Below, one piece after another: positions 37,037 to 49,721 of a stretch of DNA of 64,000 bases. A program made the translations under genes and the position numbers. This DNA comes from Lama glama (Eukaryota), in the NCBI GenBank assembly GCA_028534125.1, contig CM052831.1, positions 5,396,001 to 5,460,000 of the forward strand. Direction: 5' to 3'. The notes below the pieces were generated by a model. The model was not told the DNA's origin. It was given only the letters and a program-made list of their open reading frames with translations, and ran no database searches. Every line of letters starts with the position of its first letter. The first letter of the stretch is position 1.

Positions 37037-39312
37037 TTTCATGCAGTCGGGATTCTGTTCACCTTGAACTTTTCTCCTATCCTAAAGGACATTCACTTTT
37101 ATCTTGCTAATTACGTTGTAGAGGAGTATATATCCACAATATATATTTGTTTGCTTTCATGCCTGCTTTTGCACTTTGATTGGTTCTCCCATTTCAAAAA
37201 AAAAAAAAATTGAGAGTGATAAATCATGGCTTTTCCAAAGCCTGCCAGAAATAGCTTTGTGCTTGAATATTTCTTGCAAATAAAATAGATCCTATTATAG
37301 CCACTTCCTTGGGTTATATTCTTTTTTTTCCCAACCAAATTCATCTTCTCTCTGCCACCTGTTTGTTCTGTCTTGCTAGGCTAGATTATTACCAGTCTGG
37401 CTTTCTATTCCATATTTCATTTCCAAGATGATTTTTTGTGGAACATCTTTTCAGGATGTTGCCCTTTACTCTCTGGGTTTTGTGAACTGCCAGCTCATAG
37501 CGTGGGCCCAACCATTTCACTTACCATGTGCTTCTATTTCAAGCTGTGTTTTATTAGAGGATTTGTTTTCAGTGTCTCATCTGACCATAGCGAACGTGGA
37601 AGTGCAGTCTGTTCTCTTGGGTTTTGTTTTTCCCTCCTACTAGTCAGTACCAATTTGCTTAGATGCCAGCTCTGAGACCTGTTTCTGTGGTATCTGTCCT
37701 GACAGGTACACTGAGTTTCTTTTTACTTAGATTTGTAGGACAAAGCCAGTTTACATTTAATATGTTTCTGTATCCTCACTGAAATCTCCAGATCTTGGCA
37801 GATAGACCCATTTTTTTAAAAATCCCGGGATGCAAAAACTCTGATAGTTTACGATGCATGTTACCTGCCTTTGGAGGTGAATCAAGGTGTGCATTCTACC
37901 AGTTACCGTCCACTAAGATAAAATTAGCTAAACATCGTGCAAAGGGACGGGAGGGTGTTCATGAGCCATTGGTGATATATAGGCATGGAGAATTAATAGT
38001 CCAAAGCAAATGAGGTTTTGTATTATTTTGTAGTAATAATAAATGGTGTTAAAGGATAATTTTCATATCCAAAAACATAAAATCATGAGTCTCCCACAGA
38101 CATCAAATGAGCAGTAAAGGAAGGTTGAAATGAGTGTGCAAATGAACACCAAACTGGTTTTTCTTTTCTGTGGGAAAAGGGATGGAGTCAGCGGGCCCTC
38201 TCCCCCAGACTGCACTCGTAAGTCTGGAGATGTGGCAGTGTTGTGCAGTCCTGACAGCGGTACACAACTTAACAGTGGTGATAGAGCTCAAGTGTGGTGA
38301 AGAGCTCGAAGCAGGTAACTCAGAAAAACGTGCTCAGAACATTGCAGCATGTTCCACTGGAGGCACCAGTAATTCTTTGTGATATTTCCAAAGGATGTCC
38401 TAGCATTTGTTTAAAAAAAAATTGATGGCTTGCAAAACACTTGAAAATGTATGCTTTTGAGTATCTTCTCACACTTGGCAGATAGGTTGGTGGTATCTTC
38501 TCATTGTTTGCCTCAGGGAGGTAGGCTTTGAAAGTACCTAGCTTAGAACAGGGTGGCTGCTCCAAAATGTGTGTTCATCCTTAGAGAAGCAGCATTGATG
38601 GTGGTGAAAACGAGGACCCCGGAGCCATATAGAGTGTGCCTGACTTTCCTCATCTGTACCAGTCTCATGGAGTTGTATGAAGACTCAAAGAGCTAGTTTG
38701 CAGAAGATGCTGAGAACAGGAACTGGCCCGGTAAATGCTGCCTGTTGTTAGCATTGCTTGGTGTTCAGCTGTTACAGACCAGGTCCCAAAATAACCCCAG
38801 ATCCTCTGCCCCCAAAGCCCACGTGCATCTTCTGCCAAAGATGCTGCATTGTGAAGGCTGATGTATATTTTCAAACTTTCAGATTTGAAGCTTTGTTGTT
38901 GTTGTTTTTTTTCCATTTCAAGTACCATGGTGGTTTGTAGAGTGTAGGTTTCATATCTGAATCGGAGGAAGTTAAGAGCGGTGCTTGAGTGGATATTCCG
39001 TTCTGAAGCTTCTTTCATCCTGCATGTCAGAGGAGCCCTGGTTGTACTGTATTCGGCTAGATCTGAGCTGTGCTAATGCCGGGCCCCCAGCACTTGATGT
39101 CTGCTTAAATGGAACCTGAAAGTCAATATTCCTGAGCTCTCTGACGTTTGGTGCAATTAGCAAGACGGGCCAGGGTGCAGCGGGTGCCAGTGTCGGATCA
39201 GTGCTGTGGACTCTTCGACAGCGATTCTGAGAAGTGGGTGGTGTGTCCATTTACAGACGAGAACATGTGTGGGGGCGAAGGAAGTTGACTGGACACAGTT
39301 TGGGTTTTAATG

Positions 39313-39906
39313 TGTCATCAAACTCAGGCTCAGCTGCTTGCCACTCAAAAAGTCAATACCTGAGAGACAAGTGCTGGTAGGAAAGGAAAGGTAGCTTTAT
39401 TCAGGAGGCTGGCCACCTGGGGAGGAAGCAGACAGACTCGTGTCCCAGAACCAACTCTGAAGATTCTGTTCGGCCATGAAAGTTTGTAAAGAGAAAAAGG
39501 GGAAGTAAGCTCAGTTACGCGTAGAGGTAAGGAGTCAGAATCACTGCCGTCTCCCATCGTGGCAGACTTGTCGGCTCCTTGTGGTCTCTCTTTAGATGCT
39601 ATGTCGTTTGCACAGTTTGTTCATGAGATTACCGGAGGGGAGGCTGGGGATAGATCTGGTCATCTGTGAAGTACTTATTCTTCACCTCTACTTCTTTGAC
39701 CTAAGAAAAAAGAATCAACACGTTAGGCAAGTTATTGTGCAATCAAAAGATTCGAACATTATGCTTGGGCCAGAGATAAGTCAAGCATGGGATCACCTGG
39801 CTTAAAAGTCAGTCAACACTATAACCTTACTAAAGTGACAAGACAGAAGGAGTCTCCTGCAGCGAGCTGCTTCCTGCAATGAGCTGCCTGCAAAAAGCTG
39901 CTTACA
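39313..39906 (-). mobile_element. ERV1-class LTR (3' LTR with adjacent polypurine tract)
   Basis: TGTCA...TTACA termini and AATAAA on minus (CTTTATT near 39396). Short GAGCTGC repeats lie in U3. On minus, AGGGGGACT immediately precedes TGTAAG. Confidence 0.78.
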
Positions 39907-40134
39907 AGTCCCCCTGTCAGACATCACTCCATTTCTATGGGATTATGGGTGAAGGTCCATCTTCTGTAACTTCTTCATGTTGACATCAAGTGCTGTATTC
40001 TCAGAGTGGATGGCATGAACATGGGTGTGTAGCATCTCTTTGCTGACAGTTTTACTTGCCCGCTTACATATATGGGCAGAGCAGGCCACTGTGACGCTGA
40101 TGCCCACAAAGAGACAGCAGGGTTAATCTCATTC

Positions 40135-40458
40135 TCTTGAGGCCAGTTCTGGAATTGTGCTCACCGTAAGTGCAGCACTGCTCAAGGTGGAGCACGCTGT
40201 GTCAAGGCTGCAGTCTGGTCCTCATGCACTTAGCTTTCTCCCTCGGGCAGTAGTTACAGTGTCTATAAAACAACTCAAGAATGTGCATCAGACACCGAGT
40301 CTGTGACTCTATTGTCCTAATCATTAGCTGCTTCAGCCTGCTGTTCTGTGACTCAGGGAGGCCTGGGAGACCTCAGCTTTTCTACAAAGAAGAGGCAGGG
40401 GACCTGGAGGGGCCTTTGTACTGGAGGTGGGGAGGGCACAGGGCTCTGCTTGGTTTCA
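40135..40458 (-). mobile_element. Partial ERV1-class LTR related to 1-515
   Basis: Shared blocks with 1-515; terminal CTGCTTGGTTTCA. Confidence 0.62.
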
Positions 40459-41102
40459 GAGGCTGGTCTGTCTGACTTAAGTGTGTGACTGTCTAAGGTC
40501 TACTGCGTCCTGCTCCCAGGCGCATGTGGTGCAGTGGTTTCCAGGTAGATTATCAGCATGGCAAATAGAGGCTAAAGAGTAAGATAAAGGTCCAGTGATT
40601 GGACCCACTCACAGAGTAACAGGCTCAGCTGCTGGCAGTGGGACCAGAGCTTTGGTGAAGAGCAGGCTTAGTGCTAAGTATTTTAAGTGTTGAATGGGAG
40701 GTCTTAGGTCCCTGTGGACTGGAGCTGCCGGGGCCTGCTGTGGCACTGGGACTGAGGAAGGAGCCCACACAATATTGGCCAGAGCACTGGGAGGCCAAGA
40801 GAGCCAGTCCTGGGTTGCACAGAGTCCGCACCATAGCTAGCCCTATACCTAGCCCCAAAGATGGTGGTCCGCAGAGGTCATCCATATGGTGGAAGGAAAG
40901 TCCACTATTATCCTGGCTCCGAAAGCGCTGTTGCTTGTTTAGCTGGACTTTGAGGGCAAGAAAACAACTGCTTCTTTTTCTGAGAGTGTGTTATCATGTA
41001 TAAACAAGAGCAGAAGACAAATACCTTGCACACAGCTGGGGCTCAAACCTGGTGTGTTTGATTCCAGCCCTGTGTGTATCTCCCCACAACATTCTGGCCA
41101 CC

Positions 41103-41550
41103 TGGGTTAGCATCCTAGGGCTCCAGTAACAAAGCACAATGAACAGCGTGGCTTTAAAAAACAGAAAGGTATTCCCCCGCAGCAGTGGAGGCTAAAACTC
41201 CAGAATCAAAGTGTTAACAAGGTCATGCCCCGCTGTGAAGGCTGTAGGGGAGGATCAGACTTCTGGAAGCGCCTTGGTTGGTGAGCATTAACTCCAGTCT
41301 CTGCCTCTTTCTTTACCCGTCTTCCCTCTGTGTCTTCACATGGTGTTCTCCTCTGTGTGAGAGACTGTGTTCAGATTTCCCTCTCCTTAGAAGGACAGCG
41401 ATCATACTGAATGAAGACCCATTCTAATGACCTTGTGTTAACTTGATCACATCTGCAAAGACCCTATTTTCAAATAAGGTCGCGTTCACAGGTATCCGGG
41501 TTAGGACTCCAACGTACCATTTGGGGAAGCACAGTTCAACACATAATATC
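41103..41550 (-). mobile_element. MaLR solo LTR (MLT1C/D-like)
   Basis: CCTAGGGCTCCAGTAACAAAGCAC..ACTCCAGTCTCTGCCTC..ACATCTGCAAAGACCCTATTTTCAAATAAGGTC. Confidence 0.9.
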
Positions 41551-41624
41551 ACTCGTTCTTTCCCTGGGCTCCCTTTTGTTTTCTGGGCTTCAAGTTTTCA
41601 CATGTAGTCATTCCTTGTTCTTTT

Positions 41625-42140
41625 ATCCATCGTTTCAATCAGAAAACATCTAACGATGGCCTTCTGTGACTGTGCATTGTGAGTAAAGCATTGCACTGAA
41701 TTACTGCTTCATACAAGCAGGCAGGGAGCCAGCCCTTATGGATCTTCCAGTTGAAGGAGAGAGGGAGACAAAAACAAGCCAGCCAATGGATGAAAAAATC
41801 TCAGACTGGACTCTGGAGGAAAGCTTGAGACAGGGCAGGAGGGTGGAGGTGAGACTCCAGGGTAGCCAGGGAAGGTTTCTCTGATTTATTTACATCTGAA
41901 ATGAGACTTAAAGAATGAGAAGTCATGTCCATGGTGAGCTAGAGAATAGTGCCCCAGACCAAAGGAAGGGCAAGTGCCAAGGCCCTGAGGCAGGAACCTA
42001 CTGGCACACTTGAGGAGCAGAATGATGACTGGTGTGGCCTGAAAGTTGGAGTAAGGCAAGAGACAGATTTGGAGATTCAGGTAGAAACCAGATCTTGCAG
42101 GGCTGTAGAGAAGAGTTTGAATTTGAAGTCAGGCTAACAG
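41625..42140 (-). mobile_element. L2 fragment
   Basis: CAGGGAAGGTTTCTCTGA..AAGTGCCAAGGCCCTGAGGCAGGA..CCAGATCTTGCAGGGC. Confidence 0.7.
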
Positions 42141-43063
42141 CTGACCAACATACTCTCCTCTAAGACCAACAACATGCTGATAGTACTCATTAGAGTTTTC
42201 AGCATCTCCTCTCTGCCAGCCATGCAGCTGGCACTTCTCAAATATCATGCCATTTTATAGTCACCACATTCCTGAAAAGGAGAGGTCCTGGGAGTTCTCA
42301 GAGCATGTGTTACTAATATTTATAGAGCACGTAACCTACTGCAGACAAAATACATGCCGCCCGGGGTGTGTTGATGATCCGTGCCCTAGGGATGTGTCCA
42401 GTGTAGTAAAAACATCTGTTAATAGATGACCAGTTAGTAGCTGAGTGACAGGGCTGCAGACTCCCAGCCTCTCTGGGCTTCAGTGTCCTCCACGCATCAA
42501 GGGGGGAAGGAAGGCATAATTCCCTCTTCGCAGGATGGGGATGAAGATTGGAAGAGGTACCAGGTGAGAAGGGCCCGCGCCACGAAGATGCTCAGTCTCT
42601 GGAAGTTGTTATGCAAGCCTCGATGGCGCTGTGAGTGACAGCTGCCCCCAGTGCACACAGCCTGCGAGCGCCCTCGGGAAAGGGGAGGCGGGAAAAGACG
42701 TGAAGGGGAGGGTGAGCTGAACCTGAGAGCACGTCAGGCATTCCTCAGGCAGGCAAGGAAGAGGATGGCAGAAATCCAATTTCCCTTAAGCCTGATGCAT
42801 GAGAATCTTTATTATTAAACTCAAGTGTGAGGAACCAATGTACCTGTGGTTTTGATGGAAAGAACCGTCACTAATTTGACGTCTCAACCTGGCATAACAC
42901 TTGGGAAGACATGCGTGAGGGACCAGTTATCAGTCACAGTTCTGCATATAATTTTAGTAAAAATGAAAATCACAGAGTAAATATGGGCCCATTCAAGGCC
43001 TTTCTGTTTCCAACAATGTGGTATTGTCTTTGCTTTGCTTTTTAAAAACAGGCATATATCAAC

Positions 43064-43079
43064 TTGCCCTCTAGTGACA
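43064..43079 (-). promoter_or_regulatory. CTCF-like core motif
   Basis: Minus strand TGTCACTAGAGGGCAA against consensus CCASYAGRKGGCR, one mismatch; lies outside recognised repeats. Confidence 0.5.
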
Positions 43080-43324
43080 ATAGTTTGTATTTCACTCAGG
43101 CTCAGAAAACAGGCTGCCTGCTGGCTCTTCCAACAAATTCTCTTTGTATAAGACAGAGGCCCACTGTGAGTGTAACTCCGCTGAAGTGTAGGAAATAGTG
43201 ACCTCTGTGAGGTGACTTTACTGTGGGCTAGTGTGGTCCCTGCAGATGACAGCAGCGCATCTCACAGGCAGATAATAGCCCCAGACTTGGGCGGGGTCTC
43301 CTGTCCTCGGAATGAGCTGTTCCC

Positions 43325-43455
43325 CACCCTCCCACTAGAATGTAAGCTCCATGAGGGTGGGGATCCTGTTCGCGTCACCCTTGATGCCCGGAGTGCAGAA
43401 CGGTGCCTGGTTTATAGCAGGCACTTAGTAGACGTGCCGGAGGAATGGATGGACA
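43325..43455 (+). mobile_element. L2 3' end
   Basis: CCACTAGAATGTAAGCTCCATGAGGG..AGAACGGTGCCTGG..ATAGCAGGCACTTAG..GAATGGATG. Confidence 0.85.
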
Positions 43456-44749
43456 GTCACAAGTGTGGAGGTTGAAAGCCATCTGTTATGAAGCCCCCCA
43501 GTGTGTGGTCAGGCACTTAGCAGGTGCCTGAGTGCCCGAGGCTGTCCTTCCTTCTCTGGCTCTTACCACTTACTTTTTATTTTGTCTTAGGCTTATTTCT
43601 CTGTGCTGCTTTCTTGTGATGCTCTCTTTGGTCATTTTGAGCAGAAGTTTGGAAGAGGCATAGAAAAGAGAGTTAAGGATGGGGCGGTTTTACGTCTGAA
43701 AGACAAGGAGATCCTTAGCAGCCCCTTCCTTCTGGTTGATGGCATTTCATGCTTAATCCTTTCCTGTAAACCAGCATTTGTTTCTCTCCATAGGGTACTT
43801 TGGGGCTAAATCATGTGCACCTGGCGTGTGTTGAAACCTGGACATCTAACTGGGTCTGTCTGGTATCTTTCCACTGTTGGGTCATTTCATTCAGCAACGT
43901 GCTAGGTTTTCAGGAAGGATGTTAACTGTTTTTTTTTTTTCCTGTCATCCAATCATCACCGTTTTGTTCCTTTCACTCCTGGGTGTATCGTTCACTTCTG
44001 CTTTGAAAGGCAGGATCTGGGAGACCACAGAGATGAAAGAAATGTGACCACCCTTTTCCCTGCTGATGGCTCAACGTGCTCACTGCTAACAGTTGAAAAA
44101 AATCTCATCATCATGAAGTGCCTTTTAGGATTGTTCACGCTGTGGGATAAGGGTAAGCCAAGGAGAGGAAGGGGCAGTTCTTAAAGTGTTTTTTAAAAGT
44201 CCTAAAAGTCTAAATCCTTCCTTAAGCAGTAACCCTCTTGGAGAAAAGAGAACATATCTTAAAGGTTCCTGCCCAGCATCTAAACCCATCAGAGTTCTAT
44301 CAAGTCGGAGATAATGGTGAATAGATAGACTTTGAGAGGTAGGGGCAAAGAATGGATATTGATTTATTTTTTTGATCCATGATGTTCTCCAGCTCAGAAA
44401 CAAGTAATGCTTCCCAGTAGGCAGAGCATGAAGTCTAAACTTCTTAACCTTGCATTTAAAGGCTTCTGGAACCAAGTACCAATCCATCTTTTTGACCCTA
44501 TCTTCTTATATCCTCCCCATGGCGTTCGAGTCAAACTGTCCTCCCCACTGGCTTCCACCTTTGCATTGTGCTTTCAAAAGTTCAGTACATTTTTTCTGGC
44601 TAGGGAAGGATTTTGACTGATGGAGAAGAAATCTGAAAAGTACAAGACAGAAGATAGCATGCATAGTTCTATTCGGAATTAATCCTTACTGGTGATTGTC
44701 CTGTTAACTTCCAGATTTAAAAAGAATACACATCTGTATATAATTACTA

Positions 44750-45330
44750 GGTTTATAATTTTTTAATTACAAAAGTGATATAGACAAATTGCAAAAATTA
44801 TATAGGAGATACAGACTGCAAAAGAGGAAGAATATTAACAGATAAAACAAAGTTTTCTTTTGTTTTTTAACTTACCCTTGCCAATCTTGATTCCCTCTTA
44901 CCTTCCCCAGAAATAAGCACTATTTTGGTTTTATTGTATATCATTAACTTAATAATGTATGCTATTATTCTATGTATATTTTAGTTCACATAAGTAGCAT
45001 CATACAGGGTGTATAATCCTGTAATTTGCTCTCATCCCTGAACCATCGTTGCTGAGATCCAGCCACGTTGTTCCAAGTAGTTCAAATTCATAGCCCTTAA
45101 CTGCTACTCCCCACTGTCCGCCTGTTTATCCATTCACCTGCTGGTAGGTAATTGGGCTGTTTTCTCTTTTTAGCAAAGCTGCAGAGAAAATGACTGTGAT
45201 TTTTCATGAGTTTGTGCACGTATGTCTCTAGTGTGCCCAGGAGGGGTCCTGCAGGGTCATTGTATCTGCATGCTCTTGGTGATCACAGAAGCTGCTGAAT
45301 TTCCCTATTCTTTTCCTAATCTACACGCCC
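44750..45330 (-). mobile_element. Old L1 (L1ME-like) 3' fragment
   Basis: CCTTCCCCAGAAATAAGCACTAT, TGAGATCCAGCCACGTTG, TTTATCCATTCACCTGCTG. Confidence 0.6.
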
Positions 45331-46503
45331 AAATAGTGGGCAGAGACATAGAGTTCTCAGATATATTTTTTCTCTCTTCCCTTAAATTTCACAAGCCTAG
45401 GGTTCCCTTGACCCTTCTCTCCCCTTGTGGAAACTCAATCTGTTCAAGATTCAGCTGCGCTAACGTGGATTAGATAGCCCTCCCAGTTGACATTTACTGT
45501 AGATTCGGCCTAGTCTTGTGCTTGTTCGTGTCTCTGCCAGAGGGAGTAAGTCAGTGTAGAGGGCACAGAACACACTCCTTTGTGTTCCGTAGCGCTCAGC
45601 CTTATCTCCGGTCCACAGTGAGAGCCGAACAGAGCAAAGTCTAGTCTTGCTTGAAGTTTAGGCTCTTAAATCATTTGAATGATGAACATTCAGGAAACTC
45701 AAAACCACTCAACTTAAAAAAAAATTGCTCATAATATGCTATCTCTAAATAAGTGACGTAGCCCGTTTTTTTCTGGCAGTGTTACATCTTATCAGTGCGC
45801 CTTTGCTTGATCAACAAACAGGTAAAGGCGGACCCTGTATGTTATAAACATATACCATTGATTTTAAACACATCTCACTTTGCATGCGAGAGATGTGTGT
45901 TCCTGTCATGACAGGTGTGCGGGAGGTTGAAATGAGGGTGGATATAGCAGATACACACTCTCATCTCCTTCTCATCTTGGGACATTTATGTTCATTGGCT
46001 GGATCAGAAGGGATCACCTGCACTACGTCAAGCCCCTCCCTTCCCCCTCCCACATGCCCCCAAACTCACACCTATCCATGGTGTGCTTTGTGACGTGACC
46101 TCACTGAACGTCGTAAATAATACTTGGAGGCGGCAGATCGGCAGCGTGACTGGGGCAGATAAGCTCCTGCCCCCTTAGTGCTGCCTGCGCCCCCCCCCCC
46201 GCCAGACAAAAGGATGAGATGGACTCCAGTAAATACGGCAATAGGGTAGCTTTCCTGTAATCAGTCTCCTAATACTCCCTGGGATGTGACAGAAGTAATT
46301 AGGTCCCAAACAGTTTTCTAAAGTTCATTTTCACTCTACTGTTGTGGGGACCATTTTTTTTAAAAACTCAAGGACGCAGCCTTGGTGGGAAGTTAGTAAT
46401 GGCGGAAAAAACTGCCCTGGATATGTACTGGCATATTCCTCTGGGCCTCGGACACTTGTAGGCCTAATTTATTCTCAGCGTGAAGGAGAGATCACTCATT
46501 GAT

Positions 46504-46965
46504 TGTGTTAAAGTATAGGTTTTATTTTTGTTTAGGTATGGCAAGGCCAATAGATCAGGAGATGACAGCCACTGAAAACACAGTTGCTTACGCACAGGGC
46601 TTCCTATGCCCTGGGGGTCCACAGGGCAGGAAGGAAGTCTGGGAGGAATAGGTCAGGAGGCAGAGGGAATGGGGGAAGCGTGAGCAAGAGCCTTTCTTGT
46701 GATTTTGGGGGGAGGAAGGGGTGAGACAGCGTAGCCAGGATTAGGACTGGCTGGTTGGAATAATTCCACTGGGCTCTGGAGTGTAGGGGCTGTCCCTAGT
46801 CATCTGGTTCCTGCCCTGGAGTGGTCAGGACAAATGGATGGTGGCCTGTAGGGTGAGAGCCTAGTTAAAAAAAAAAAAAGGTGGGCTGTGGGCTATGGGC
46901 TGTGGGCTGTGGATGGTTTGGTTGGCATATGAAAAGCACGCTTGCAGGGCAGCAAGGTTCGCCTG
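46504..46965 (-). mobile_element. ERVL-class LTR (MER76/MER77-like)
   Basis: GGTATGGCAAGGCCAATAGATCAGGAGATGACAGCCACTGAAAA..GGTCAGGAGGCAGAGGGA..GGGGCTGTCCCTAGT. Confidence 0.72.
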
Positions 46966-47599
46966 TCAGAGCAGTAGAATACAGAAAGTTAAATTCATGC
47001 TCAAGACAGCGATGTTCTCCATGGTCATATTTCCCTAGGCGTGTCTTGGTCTTAGGTGTCTACATACGATATTTTGTGCCCTTCCATGAAGAATATAATA
47101 AACTGTCCAAAAAGGGAGTAAATAAAATGCCACAAATTGAGAATCAACAATGGAAGTAAAGGCTGCTGGGAGCAGGCAGACACCCGGATTCCTACAGGTG
47201 TCCTGCTGGTCTGTTCCCGTTCAAGCTGTCCTCTAGACAGACCTTACTTAAAATGGTATTATTACTTGCCCCATGAAGGAAGACTAGTGGCTTAATCTCT
47301 GTTTTTATGCAAATTTGTTGCCTCCCTCAGAGAGGATAGTGACATTCTGAATGTAAAACCAACTGATCTTTGCCCTTAAACTGACTTCCTCTCCTAGGGG
47401 CCAAAGATTTGTGAAAATGGTATGACCATGTGCCTGGGGAGCCAACCCAGTGATTTGAGAAACACCTTTGACCTTCCCGCACTAAGTACTGACTCTCTTG
47501 TCCTGAAATCTTTCTCATATCTACGTCTGTCTCCATTTCCCCTCCCTTGGCTGAGTTATTACAACTTCTAGACAGTCCTTTCTCTTCTCAGGAAAAAGA

Positions 47600-48845
47600 A
47601 AAAAAAAGAAAAAAAAAACAGATATCTCCACAATCATGAATAAAATGAGAACAGGAGTTTCAACCCTAAGGAAATTAATAAGATGATAAGGAAATGTTAA
47701 TAAATTTTTTTGATGCTAACAAATTAGACAACTTAAAGAAAATAGATAAATTCCTAGACAGACATAATTAACAAAATGTCTCACAAAATGGAAGGTCTGA
47801 ATTAATCCACATCAAATAGAGACATTGCATTATAAATTTTACCAAGAATAATAATTAAAAAACTCTTCACAAATAAAAGTCCAGGCCCAAGTGGCTTTCC
47901 TGTTGAACTCTACCATTTTGTTCTTTCTTAAGGAAGACTCCTAATCCAGTGTAAACTTTTTCAGAAAAAAGAGGAGGGAATGTGTCTCCAACCATTTTAT
48001 GATGCCAATGTTATGGTAACAAAGCCAAAGACTTTTATAAGAGTTAAAAAAAAAAAAGGCCAATATTCCTCATGAACAGAGACACAAAATTATTAGCAAA
48101 ATTATCAAATCATATCTACCAGTATATAAAAAGGACTGTATGCAATGAATAAATAGATTATTCTCAGGAATTCAAGGTGGGTTTAAATCTGAAAATCGCC
48201 TAATGTAATATACTGTATTGACAGACTAAAGGACAAAAACACATGATCATCTCAATACATGCAGGGGCAGCACTTGAAAAAACCTAACACTCAACAGAAG
48301 AGAAGAGAAATTCTCAACAAATTTAGAAGGGAAGTTCTTCAAACTGATAGAGTATCTGTGGAAAGACCACAGCTATCATGATTTTTAATGATGAAAGAAC
48401 AAATCCTTTCTTTCAAACAAGGCTATTCACTCTCACCACTTCTACTAAACAATGTGCTGGAGGCTCTAGTCAGTGAAAACAGGCGAGAAAAATAAATTAA
48501 AGTGATACAGATTGTAAAGAAAGAAATAAAACTATCATTATTTGCAGATGGCATAATTTTGTATGTAAAGAAATCCTAAGGAATCTACCAGATGTCTATA
48601 ATGAATAAGCAAGCTTAGTAAGGTAGCATTTCAATTCAGAATGAACAAAATAAACAGGTATAAGTTTAATAAAATAAGTGCAAAAAACAGTACACTGAAA
48701 ACTACAGAACATTGCTGAAAAAAATTAAAGATGCAAATCAGTAGAGACATAGCATGCTTATGGAATGAAGTACTCAAAATTGTCGACTCGGAGAGTCTCA
48801 AATTCATCTGTAGATTCAGTGCAATCAATCAAAATCCTATCAGGC
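47600..48845 (+). mobile_element. L1 ORF2 (RT domain) fragment, degenerate
   Basis: AAAAGTCCAGGCCCAAGTGGCTTT, CATGATCATCTCAATA, CTCACCACTTCTA..AACAATGTGCTGGAGG, TTATTTGCAGATGGCATAAT (degenerate LFADDM). Confidence 0.88.
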
Positions 48846-49721
48846 TGTTTCTGACTAGGGTAGGTCTTGGAGTTGAGTTTTCTTGGTCAAACTTAATAGG
48901 TATCTTGTAGGCTCTTTTAATGTGTAGATTCAAATCTTCTGATATTTCTGGAAAGACTTCTTATGGTATAATTTTAAATGTTCATTAATCCTCGCAGTGG
49001 CTATAGGAGATGGAGTTTTTCTGCCATTTTAGAGAAGATGTGGGTGCCACATAATCCTCAATCCAGAAGCATGATATGTCTCTGTTTAACTATGGTGGTA
49101 TTGTGTGCAAAACAAACCTATCCAGGGGATAAAATAGCATAGAATAGAACATGCACGCACACAGAGACAGCAAAACTGGAGAAATCTCAATATCCTGGTG
49201 GAGACACTACACAAGAGATTATAAACGTTACTACTGGGGAATATTGGGCAAAAGGTACAAAAGATTTCTGTGTCCTTTTTTATGACTGTGTGTATACCTA
49301 CAGTTATCTTGGATTTCAAAAGAACTCCCCCCAGATGCACAGGTCCAGATTCTCGCCTCCTCCAGTGATCCTGGGCCGCTTTGTGCTTTGCTGGCTTTTC
49401 AGGTGACTTCCAAAACTCACCGAAGTGTGAGCCACTGAGCTAAGTACTGGTTGGGGGTGCAGTGGAAGAAAGTATCCCAGGTAGGAAGACGGCCTTTGAA
49501 GGCCCAAGGACAAGAACTTGGCGGATTGAAGACACACAAAAAAGCCTTTATGACCGATGACTGAAGATTAGGCTGGAGGAATGGGTTGCAGCCAATCTGG
49601 GAGCCTGATAAACTCTTATGGGGCAGCATTCATCTCTGAAAAGCTTAAAAAAATTCTCATGGTCACATCCTCCCACTGGAGATTCTCAGTCAGTTGGAGT
49701 AGAGTGGAGCTGGGGCATCAT

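Noticed and set aside
46167..46182. CTCF-like CTGCCCCCTTAGTGC (similar words near 5460 and 42643)
   Set aside because: Spacing or a key core base departs from the consensus.
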